A stretch of 63,686 nt of DNA, the filler included, from Chiloscyllium plagiosum (taxonomy: Eukaryota), in the NCBI RefSeq assembly GCF_004010195.1. It is 5 parts of one record of this genome, joined end to end, with 100 filler letters (N's around TTAATTAATTAA, not from the genome) between each part and the next. Parts side by side here need not be neighbours in the genome. Positions count along the whole stretch, not along the records: positions 34,762 to 61,124 come from NC_057717.1; 4 more parts are not named here. One strand, given 5' to 3'. A program made the translations under genes and the position numbers. The notes under the pieces were generated by a model. The model did not search any database. It was not told the DNA's origin and worked only from the letters and a program-made list of their open reading frames with translations. The stretch's first letter is position 1, and the number at the start of each line of letters is the position of its first letter. Below are positions 50,033-61,124 of this stretch, one piece after another.

Positions 50033-51524
50033 CTTATTTTAAAAGTTCACAGTTCTTTAAGTGCGTCTTTTTTTTTAACATTAATTCAAATGGCATAGTT
50101 GTGACTGGCTAGGACATCATACAATGCCCTTCCCTAAGTACCCAAAGTGGAGTTAAATTTGAACATATCCCGGGTTTTTAACCTGTGGTTATGCATTTTA
50201 AGACCGTCAGCTCTTCCGCTACTGTAATGTGGTCTCGTTTCAAAGATCACTTATTTTTATTTCCCTGACTTTCCTCTCTTCCACATTTTCCTCTAGGATA
50301 AATACTGACTTGAATTATTTGTGTGGGACCTCACCCTTCCAGCAGAAACAGGCTATAAGGCAGCGGAGTGGGGGAGGTCGTGTCCTTATGTAGAGTGTGA
50401 ACCCAGTATGGCCAGACGCTTATGGACTCTGTTGTTGAACAATGAACTGATTTTTTGTGTTTTTCCACTACGACAGGAACGGCCATAATGGTTTACATTT
50501 AATTTCATTTTTTTTTTATTTTTCTGATTTCTAACAAGGTTTTGTATCTTGGAGGTGGGGGGCAGGAAGCTTTGTATCTAAGATTGTGTCACAAGTGGCG
50601 ACTTGTAAACTTTTCATTGTCCTCACGTGAGTACATGTGACAATAGATCTATTAAACCTCATTCATCTCCTGTGGAGCCAAACATTAGATGGCTGATTGA
50701 TTTTTATGGGGCCCTAATGTCTCTCTAATTTCTCTTTTGTCGTTAATATATTTGTAGAATCTCTTTCAAATCTCCTTCACCTTATGAGCCAAAGCTACCT
50801 CATGCACCCGTTTTGCCCTCGTGATTTCCCTGGGAAGTGCTCTCCTACACTCTGTATGCTCAAGGGATACCTTTGATACCACTTGCCTGTACATGACGTA
50901 TGCCTTATTTTTTCCTTGTCCAAAGCCTCAATATCCCCTGACATATCCTGTGCCCTACTCCTGTTAGCATTAACCTTTACACTGACGGGAACATGTAATT
51001 CCTGAAGTCTCACTACCTCGGTTTTGAATGACGCCCATTTCCCTGACGTCTTTTCACCTTCAACAGCTTCCCTCAATCATCTTTTGAAAGTGTTTGCCCA
51101 ATTTCATCGCAATTGGTCTTACCCCAAATTATAACGTAAACTTCTGGAACCGGCATATCCTTTTTCAGAACTAGTATCAAACTAATAGAATTATGTTCAC
51201 AGGTCCCAAAATGTCATCATTCTCACATGAAAGTCACTTGCTCTGCCTTATTTCCCAGGAGGACATAAAGGAGAGGCCATGATCAGAACAGCCACGGAAT
51301 GTCAAGATAGGCATGAAGGGCTGAATATCTCCATGGATCTGCGCGAACATGGTGTCTGTCTGTTTCTGTGTGTGTGTGCCCATGTGTGCATGTGTGGGTT
51401 AATGTCCAGGAGGACATAAAGGAGAGGCCATGATCAGATCAGCCACGGAATGTCAAGACAGGCATGAAGGGCTGAATATCTCCATGGATCTGCGCGAACA
51501 TGGTGTCTGTCTGTTTCTGTGTGT

Positions 51525-51565
<41 letters not shown>

Positions 51566-52014
51566 CGCGTGCGCGCGTGTGCATGTGTACTTCAGTGTAT
51601 TGATGTATGTATCTCTGCAGCTGCGTCTCTGAGCAGTTGGGTTTCTGTTCTTTGGGAGTACATCCATTGAAATGGGAATCAAAATGTTCCCCCTCACTCT
51701 CTTTCTGTCTGTCTCTCCCTCTTGTGTTTAAAATAAAGTCATAAAATTCTCTCCGGATGCTCCATGTCATTGCACAGACAGCAGGTTTGTTTAGAAGGAG
51801 CATCAAAGACAGTGACTCTCTCACATTTGAATTGAATTGGCTTCATTGTCATGTGCAGTTTAATGATTGCAGCAGAAAGTTTGCATTGACTTCACTTACG
51901 AGCCATCACAGGGACACGAAATCTATGCATAGATTCTTAAGTATTTGGCACAAAATTGAAAGAATAATAAACGAAAGTCTAGCAGAGAAATAAAAATGAA
52001 AGAAAGAACTGACT

Positions 52015-52290
52015 CGAATAACAACCCAGTCTGTGCCATCAACAAATATCCAGACAGCACTGGGCCCAGTCTCCAGACCGCACCAGGCCCAGTCTCCAGA
52101 CTGCACCAGGCCCAGTCTCCAGACTGCACCAGGACTGACTCGAATAACAACCCAGTCTGTGCCAGCAACAAATATCCAGACAGCACTGAGTCCAGTCTCC
52201 AGACTGCACCAGGTCCAGTCTCCAGACTGCACTCGGCCCAGTCTCCAGACTGCACCATGCCTAGTCTCCAGGCTGCACCGGGCCAACACT
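52015..52290. repeat. 20-bp minisatellite with an internal ~120-bp higher-order repeat; continues at 54140-54545 after a CR1 insertion
   Basis: GGCCCAGTCTCCAGACTGCACCA-like units. ACTGACTCGAATAACAACCCAGTCTGTGCC occurs twice (~52008, ~52133). Confidence 0.9.
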
Positions 52291-52291
52291 T

Positions 52292-54120
52292 ATAGAACAT
52301 AGAAAGTTGCAGCGGAGTAAAGGCCCTGCGGCACGCAATGCCACCGAACGGTGAAAATAGTCTGATTCACATTTAACCTACACCATTCTATTATTATGCA
52401 TATGTTTATCCATGGCCCATTTAAATTCGCTTAATGTCAGCGACTCTACGACTGTTGCAGGCAGATCATTCCTGGCCCCTATTGCACTCTGAGTGAAGAA
52501 AATACACCTAATACCAATCCGATGTCTATCAACCCTCAATTTAAAGCTATGCCTCCTCGTGTTAGCCTTCTCCATCTGAGGGTAAAGGCTCTCACTGTCC
52601 ATTGTATCCAACCCTCTGATTATCTTCTATGTCTCGATGAAGTCACCTCTCAACCTTCTTCTCTCCAACGAATATAGTGTAAGTCCTCATTCACCCTTTC
52701 CTCGTTAGACCTTCCTTCCATGACAGGCAACATTTTTGTTAATCTCATCTGGAACCTGTCCAACGCTTCCACATCAATCATATAATGCACTGACCAGAAC
52801 TACAGACAATGATCCACGTGCGGCCTTACCAGTGTCTTGCTCAGTTGAACCTTGCCCTTTTGGCTCCGAAACGCAATCTCCCTACGAATAAACGCCAACA
52901 CACCATATGCCTTCTTAACAACCAAATAAACCTGAGTGGCAACTTTCAGGTATGTATGCACCTGGACACCGAGAACTCTCCGTTCATCTAAAATGCAAAG
53001 ACTTTTTACCATTAGCTCAATAATCTGCATTGTTGTCATTTCTTCTGAATTGAACTACCTGAAACTTGCATGCATTAAACTCAGTCTAGCGCTGCATCTT
53101 ATGTATTTGTCAGAACGATCCACAACTTTGCCTCCCTTCGTGTCGCCCGCAAATTTGCTAACCCATCCATCTTCGCCCACATCCAGATCATTTATAAAAA
53201 TGACAAGCTGCAGTAGTCCCAAAACAGGTCCTTGTAGCACACCACTGGTAACTAACCGCCCGGATGAGCATTTCCCACTAACCACCACCCTCTGTCTTCT
53301 TTCAGATAGCCAATATCCGATCTGAAGCCCTGAAGAAGGGCTTATGCCAGAAACGTTGATTCTCCTGTTCCCTGGATGCTGCCTGACCTGCTGCGCTTTT
53401 CCAGCAACACATTTTCATCAATATCTGATCTAAACCGCTGAATCACCATGAATCCTAAAACTTCGTATTTTGTGCAATATCCTATCGTGTGAAATCTTAT
53501 CAAATGCTTTACTGAAGTCCTTGTACATCACATCAACCATTTTACCTTCACCCACCTGTTTTCTCACCTTATCGAAGAACTCAATAAGTTTAATGAGGCA
53601 TGACCTACCCTTCACAAAAGTATGTTGACTGTCTCTAATCAAATTATTCGTTTCCAGATGATTACAAATCTTAACTCTCACAAACTTTTCCAAAATCTTC
53701 CTCACAACTGATATAAGGCGCACTGCCATTTAGTTACCAGGGTTGTCCCGACACCCCTTCTTAAACAAGAGAACAACTTTTGCTATCCTCCAGTCTTCTG
53801 ACACTACCCCTGTCGACAATAATGACATATATTTTGATGTCAAAGACTTTGTAATCTCCTCCCTGGCTTTCCGGAGAACCCGAGAATAAATCCCGCTGGC
53901 CGAGGGCTAATACCTATATTTGGATCTTCCAAAATTGCGAAAAACACCCCTTTTTCAACGTCAATTCCATAAAATCTTGTAGCCTGTATCTCCGAATTCT
54001 CAATAACATTGCCATTTTCCAATGAGAATACTGACGAAAAGTATTAAATAAGTGCTTCTCCATGTCCTCAGATTCAACTAACACTTCCCACTACCATCTT
54101 TCATTGGACCAAATATTACT
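52292..54120 (-). mobile_element. 5'-truncated CR1 inserted into the 20-bp array
   Basis: DFSKAFDKISH, SGVLQGPVLGLLQLVIFINDLD..SKFAGDTK and FFTQSAIGARNDLP motifs. Tail (TAGAACATAGAA on the plus strand) at ~52293. Confidence 0.9.
53329..53418 (+). mobile_element. 90-bp Penelope terminal insertion with hammerhead motif and TSD
   Basis: CTGAAGA-A-GGGC(TTAT)GCCA-GAAAC-GTT-GATTC at 53330-53362. Flanked by CAATATCCGATCT (53311) and CAATATCTGATCT (53419). Confidence 0.75.
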
Positions 54121-55271
54121 GGCGACGTCATACAATATCTAGTCTCGAGACTCTCGACCACACCAGGTTCACTTGGCAGACCACACCAGGCTCAGTCTCC
54201 AGACCGCAGTCTCAAGGCCGCCCGGGGCCCAGACTCCAGACTACACCATGGCCAGTGTCGATAGCGCACCAGGCCAAGTCTGCAGACAGCAGCAGGCCCA
54301 GTCTCCAGGCCACAGCAGGCCCAGTCTCTGGGACACACTGGGCCAGACTGCAGAACATTCCAGGACCAGTCTCCAAACTGTATCGGGCCTATTGTCCAGG
54401 CGACACCGGGCCAAATCGCCAGGCCACACTTGGCCCAGTCTCCAGACCGCACGGGGCTCAGTTTCCAGACTGCAGCAGACACAGTCTCCAGACGCCCCCG
54501 GGTCCAGTATCCAGACCGCACTTGGACATGTCTCCAGGCAGCACTGTATTTTAAATCTTGAAGCTTTGATTCCCCTTGCGATCCTCTGGTCTGGGACTCA
54601 CTTCCTCCTTTCCCAAAAGAGTCGCGTTAAAAAGATAATCGTTTGGCAAGAAAATACTTTCCAGAAAATAAAATAAATAAGAAAGACACAAAGTGTGGTC
54701 GGAGCATAGGCGTTCAACCTGGAACATTCTGATCCTGCCACCATCGTTACGACATTACACGCTGTTTTCTTCTTCAAAGAATGCCTTTGAAGACTCAGAG
54801 CAGTTTTCAATAATTCCTTGCAACGTTGTCCTTGAGATAATAGCACAAAGAGATAGACATGCTCTTTGGTGGCCCGTATGCCGCCATAGGGGTTGTTTGG
54901 TGACTTTACAATCTATTCTCACTATACTTTCGAACAGTATATCCAAAAAATATTCAAAGTTGGAGAAAGCGAACTAAAATTAAACTCAACCTGTCGTAAA
55001 TTGCTTCACTCAGGGTGGCCTCGATGCAATTTAACCGCTATGGTCTGCACAGCTCCGTGTGTTGGACAGATATCAAGTCCACGTGTGTAGGTAAATGCAC
55101 TGCTCTGGTCTGCACAGATTCTGGTGCTGGACAGATAAATTGTCCAGGTCTATAGATCAATGCACTGCGCTGTTCTGCTTACCTCCACATGCTGGACAGA
55201 TATCTTTTCCAGGTATATAGATCACTGCAGTATTGTGGTGTCGCTAGCTCCCAGTGCTGGACAGAGTCCTA

Positions 55272-55520
55272 TGAGAAAGTGAGGGCTCAGATGCTGGAAA
55301 TCAGAGTCGAGAGTTTGCTGCTCAGTATCCAAGAAGAAGGAGAATCAACGTTTCTGGCATAATCCCTTCATCAGAAATCTGATCAGGACTTATGCCCAAA
55401 ACTTCGATTGTCTTGCTCTTCGCATACTGCCTGGCCTGATGTGCGTTCCCACATCAGGCCAGGCAGTATGTGAAGAGCAATACAATCGAAGTTTTGGGCA
55501 TAAGATTAATGCCACATCAG
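55272..55520. mobile_element. Composite Penelope terminal insertion: minus-strand hammerhead motif plus 55-bp-arm hairpin (duplicated at 57073-57321)
   Basis: Minus strand CTGATGA-A-GGGATTATGCCA-GAAAC-GTT at 55342-55378. Hairpin arms 55389-55443 and 55450-55504 with loop CGTTCC. Confidence 0.75.
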
Positions 55521-55694
55521 ATTAATACCTAATCTGGGTTGGACTGAGCAGATCTGGATCGACACAGTGTTGTGTGCTGGACAGATATCTCCTCTGATTT
55601 AATGTTTCTCTGCTTTGGATTGAAAATGTATTATACCTAACAATTTCAGCTGATCTGTTATGCCTTTCATTCTCATTTTATGGTTGGACCCTCC

Positions 55695-56020
55695 GTCTCT
55701 CACTCCAGTAACGTTGCAGCGTGCCTATATACAGTACATCATGTTGGTGAATAACCACTATCCTGACAGCAACTACAGACTCTTTATCCAGAAGCAGTAA
55801 ACCATTCCCATCGTCTTCAGGTCTCCACGTAACCAGAAATTAAAGCCTTTCGAATAAAGGCCATCCCCTTGGAACACAGTACCCCTCACTACTCCACACA
55901 GCCAACCAACCACTTCAAAATATCCCGTGTGTAACGAGAGCAGTGGGGCCACTGAGAACATTAGGAAGCAGACCATCAGGCAGATGGAGCAACACTTCCC
56001 ATTTCTGAAAAGGTCAGACA
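55695..56020 (+). mobile_element. Harbinger transposase relic (paralog of 29085-29420; repeated at 57496-57821)
   Basis: QYIMLVNNHYPDSNYRLFIQKQ..NKGHPL..ENIRKQTIRQMEQHFPFLKRS. Confidence 0.75.
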
Positions 56021-59000
56021 GAACCCAGCAGAACACACTGTGTCTCTAAGTTCTATTATCTCCCTATATTTATTGAATATACAGCCTGTTATTCTTGCTG
56101 ATAAATATCATAGTTTTACATATACCCACGTTACATTCCAGCTGCCAAGCCACTGTCCATTGCTTATCCAATTAGAGATTCTCTACCTCCTCTTGATAAC
56201 TTAACTTTCTGACTATCGACGTTAGAATACATCAGTTGCATTTCTCGAAAACGTTGCAAATCATTGAGGTCCCACTAGTGGTCACTGTGTCACTGCAGTC
56301 GTTAATTTGTGTTGAACTCACTTGGACATGTCTCCAGGCAGCACTGTATTTTAAATCTTGAAGCTTTGATTCCCCTTGCGATCCTCTGGTCTGGGACTCA
56401 CTTCCTCCTTTCCCAAAAGAGTCGCGTTAAAAAAGATAATCGTTTGGCAAGAAAATACTTTCCAGAAAATAAAATAAATAAGAAAGACACAAAGTGTGGT
56501 CGGAGCATAGGCGTTCAATCTGGAACATTCTGATCCTGCCACCATCGTTACGAAATTACATGCTGTTTTCTTCTTCAAAGAATGTCTTTGAAGACTCAGA
56601 GCAGTTTTCAATAATTCCTTGCAACGTTGTCCTTGAGATAATAGCACAAAGAGATAGACATGCTCTTTGGTGGCCCGTATGCCGCCATAGGGGTTGTTTC
56701 GTGACTTTACAATCTATTCTCACTATACTTTCGAACAGTATATCCAAAAAACATTCAAAGTTGGAGAAAGCGAACTAAAATTAAACTCAACCTGTCGTAA
56801 ATTGCTTCACTCGGGGTGGCCTCGATGCAATTTAACCGCTATGGTCTGCATAGCTCCGTGTGTTGGACAGATATCAAGTCCACGTGTGTAGGTAAATGTA
56901 CTGCTCTGCTCTGCATAGATTCTGGTGCTGGACAGATAAATTGTCCAGGTCTCTAGATCAATGCACTGCGCTGTTCTGCTTACCTCCACATGCTGGACAG
57001 ATATCTTTTCCAGGTAAATAGATCACTGCAGTATTGTGGTCTCCCTAGCTCCCAGTGCTGGACAGAGTCCTATGAGAAAGTGAGGGCTCAGATGCTGGAA
57101 ATCAGAGTCGAGAGTTTTCTGCTCAGTATCCAAGAAGAAGGAGAATCAACGTTTCTGGCATAATCCCTTCATCAGAAATCTGATCAGGGCTTATGCCCAA
57201 AACTTCGATTGTCTTGCTCTTCGCATACTGCCTGGCCTGATGTGCGTTCCCACATCAGGCCAGGCAGTATGTGAAGAGCAAGACAATCGAAGTTTTGGGC
57301 ATAAGATTAATGCCACATCAGATTAATACCTAATCTGGGTTGGACTGAGCAGATCTGGATCGACACAGTGTTGTGTGCTGGACAGATATCTCCTCTGATT
57401 TAATGTTTCTCTGCTTTGGATTGAAAATGTATTATACCTAACAATTTCAGGTGATCTGTTATGCCTTTCATTCTCATTTTATGGTTGGACCCTCCGTCTC
57501 TCACTCCATTTACGTTGCAGCGTGCCTATTTCCAGTACATCATGTTGGTGAATAACCACTGTCCTGACAGCAACTACAGACTCTTTATTCAGAAGCAGTA
57601 AGCCATTCCCATCGTCTTCAGGTGTCCACGTAACCAGAAATGAAAGCCTTTCGAATAAAGTCCATCCCCTTGGAACACAGTACCCCTCACTACTCCACAC
57701 AGCCAACCAACCACTTCAAAATATCCCGTGTGTAACGAGAGCAGTGGGGCCACTGAGAACATTAGGAAGCAGACCATCAGGCAGATGGAGCAACACTTCC
57801 CATTTCTGAAAAGGTCAGACAGAACCCAACAGAACACACTGTGTCTCTAAGTTCTATTATCTCCCTATATTTATTGAATATACAGCCTGTTATGCTTGCT
57901 GATAAATATCATAGTTTTACATATACCCACGTAACATTCCAGCTGCCAAGCCACTGTCCATTGCTAATCCAATTAGAGATTCTCTACCTCCTCTTGATAA
58001 CTTAACTTTCTGACTATCGACGTTAGAATACATCAGTTGCATTTCTCGAAAACGATGCAAATCATTGAGGTCCCACTAGTGGTCACTGTGTCACTGCAGT
58101 CGTTAATTTGTGTTGAACTGATAAAGACACATTTATCCCTCACTTATCCCTTCTCCCGGCTCAATAACCAGGCCTCCCATATTCCTGGGTGGCTGTTTTG
58201 AAAGGATGAATGTTCCCTGCAATTTCCAATGGACCAAACATGAGATATTAAAAGATCAGCTTCAATAGCTGAACAACAGGCTCGAATAGCTCAATAGACT
58301 CATTCTGTTCCTGTTTAAAACTCTCGATGGGCTGAATAGCCTGCTTCAGTATAGGTGTAGTTAGGAATGTTACTGAACATTTTGGAACCATGGCTGAGCA
58401 GTCTACTTCTGATTTTATGATGGAGGGAACGCCATTGACGCTGCAGCTGCTGATAGCCCATGGTGCCTCATGGAGGACCAGTTTCCTTTAGAATTATGTC
58501 CTACTTCACAGGAGGGAATGCCACATAAAAAAATGGGCAGGATCTTCAATATGAGGCGTCTGAGACATTCCCTCCACCAGGACTGTGTGCTGACTGCTCC
58601 AACAGATACTGTTAGAGACAGATCCATCTGGAAAAAGGGGTTTGGTGAGAATGTTTCCTTCATTTTTGTTCCCCCATCACTTGCCCCAGTCTGGTTGTTG
58701 TGTATCTGATGTCTCTCCCTGCTCAATCAGTGGTGGACCTGTGGAGACAGACTTGGTGATGGCCATGAAGTCCCAAACCCGGAGTATGTTCTGTTTCCTT
58801 TCACCCGCAGTGCTTCCTTTGATTTGTTTTCAAAGTCAAGGGGAACTGAGTCACCACTGAGAGGTGGGATGGAGGGGGGCAAGATATATCCATCCTCAGG
58901 CGATTTCCTTGACCACTTTTGACCTGTTAGCCTTTGATTTCCCGGACCCGAAATGAATGTTGGGAATTGCAGGGCAATCCCTTCCCAAACTGTATCCCAG

Positions 59001-59134
59001 GGAACCTTCATCACTTTTGGGTCTGTCCTGCCGTTGGGACAAGATATACCCAGGGATAGTGATAGTGCTTCATGAAACATTACCCATCAGGTCTGATTCT
59101 TTGAGTCGGATGGTGTCAGGCTGTTTTCTAACTG

Positions 59135-60540
59135 GGAATGTAATGCTGGAAAAGCACAACAGGTCAGGCAGCATCCGAGGCGCAGGGGAATCAATATGTC
59201 GAACATCATCCCTTCATCAGGAATGAGGCTTCTGGGCTGGGTAGCTGAGAGACAAATGGAAAGGGGTTGGGGGCGAGGGCAAGGGAGCTGAGAATGTGAA
59301 AGACAGGTGAAGGAGGGGTAGAAGGTGATAGGTCAGAGAGGACAGCGGACCAGAAAAAGGGAAATATGAAGGACAGGTCAAGGGTACGGTGCCGAGTTGG
59401 AGGCTTCGGATTAAGATAAAGTAGGGGGAGAGGAAATGCGAAAAATGATGAAAACTACATTGACCCTATTCAATTGCTTTATTCCACGGAGGGATATGAG
59501 GCGTATTCCTCAAGATTCTGGCTGGTTATTGTTTCTCGATGAAGAAGCCAGGACCTGCATGTCCCTGATGGAGTGGGAGGCGGAGTTGAAGTGTTCAAAT
59601 TGGGGCAGTGGTGGTGATTGCTGCGGGTGTCCCAGAGATGGAGTCTGAAATGATATGCATGATGGCGTCCAGTATCCCAGATGTAGAGGAGACAAAATTG
59701 GGTGCAAAGGGTACTGTAGATGACATTGGCGGAGGTACAGATAAATTTCTGTCAGATGCGAAAGGATCCTTTGTGACCGTAGATGGATATGAGGTAGGAG
59801 GTGTGGGCGCAGTTTTTGCAGGTCTTGCGATTGACCGCGGAAAGTATTGGGAGTGGGATGAGGGCTGGTGGCTGGCGTCAATCTGACGAGGAAGTCGCGG
59901 AGGGAATGGCCTCTGATCAGTGTAAGGAGGGAACTATATTCCAAGTTGTGGGGTCTGTTTGTAGGTGGCATAAATGGCGAAGGATAATGCGATGGATGCA
60001 GAAGTTGGTGGGGTTGAAGTTGAAGTGTTTCTGTCCTTGTTGCGTTGGGAGCACTGGGGTTGGATGGCGGAGGTGCAGGAAGTGGAAGAGATGCGCTGGA
60101 CGGTATCATCAAACATGTATGAAGGGAAATTGTAATCTTTGAAGAAGGAATCTAACTGGGTTTTTTTTTCTGAGGTGTAATTGGACCTATTGGGAGCAGT
60201 TGGGACGGAGATAGAGCAATTGTGAATAAGGAATCGCGTTTTTACAAGAGGCAGGGTAGAAGGAGTTGCAATATTTATGGAGGTTAGTGCGCTTGAAGGA
60301 AATTTTTTGTTGTTAATTTTTCGCCAGAAATGGAGATGGAGAAGTCGAGGAATGGATTAGGTGCCCAAGATGGTCCAGGTCAACTTGAGGTTGTTTAGAA
60401 TATATTTGCGAAGGTGATGTGCTGTTCAATCTCGTGGGAGCACGAGATAACTCCAATACAGTCTTCAATGTAGCGGAGGAAAATATGGGGAATGGTGCCG
60501 AAGTAGCTGTGGAAGATTTCCCAGAGTATTCTGTACCCAA
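59135..60540 (-). mobile_element. Penelope-like element, 3' ~1.4 kb (RT C-terminus, GIY-YIG, terminal repeat with decayed hammerhead)
   Basis: RT segment at 60310-60540 homologous to 7133-7365. GIY-YIG-like NVIYSTLCTQFCLLYIWDTGR at ~59660-59730. CATTCCTGATGAAGGG at 59211-59226 with the GAAAC core mutated. Confidence 0.8.
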
Positions 60541-61051
60541 TATTTTATAATAGACATTCCCCGAAAATTCTATCCCGGATTTTATTTGTGAATGGCCGGA
60601 CGTCAATGAATTGTACAAACGTTCAGATGCCGAGGGAAAGGATCCCGTTCCAGTGAGAAGGAAACACTGTTCCGAAGTTCCTCAGGCAGTGAAAGGGTTT
60701 TCCCTGCATTTACGTTTCTTCACGACACAGGATCGACCACAACTTCGACTAAAAAACATAAATTTCGAAACTCTGTTTGTCTTCAAGGAAGTGGGAATGA
60801 ATCCTTCAGGGAAGCAACTTTTTCACCCTCCGTATTAGGATATGGAAAGAAGTGACTTGTGCATGCTCTTGAGTGATCGAGTGTGTCGGAATGTTTCAGG
60901 AACCATCTGTTCTTATGGACGTGTCTCTGTGTGTTTGGGAAGGGAGGGTTTCTTGTGGCATGTGACAGTTTGTCAGTAATTCAGAATTTCCCATTTGTTA
61001 TTGCAGCTCCAATTATTTCAGTAATAATTCCCTTTGATAATCTCACTGGGT

Positions 61052-61124
61052 GGAAATGTGTTGCTGGAAAAGCGCAGCAGGTCAGGCAGCATCTAGGGAA
61101 CAGGAGAATCGACGTTTCGGGCAT
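61052..61124 (-). mobile_element. Penelope terminal repeat, truncated by gap (3' half of hammerhead: GCCC-GAAAC-GTC-GATTC)
   Basis: Near-identical to 7383-7445 and 53345-53415. Confidence 0.8.

Larger units (their letters stand above)
54519..58119 (+). repeat. Recent ~1.8-kb tandem duplication (54519-56318 and 56319-58119)
   Basis: CACTTGGACATGTCTCCAGGCAGCACTG at 54519 and 56319. The copies differ by scattered substitutions and a 1-nt indel. Confidence 0.95.
50350..59130 (+). repeat. Old segmental duplication, copy 2, expanded by a CR1 insertion and a 1.8-kb tandem duplication
   Basis: Same anchors in the same order as 25770-30700. Confidence 0.85.

Noticed and set aside
54598..54977. Similar ORFs in the duplicated blocks (KTALSLQ...) as a host exon
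   Set aside because: Stops and frame differences between paralogs show DNA-level similarity only.
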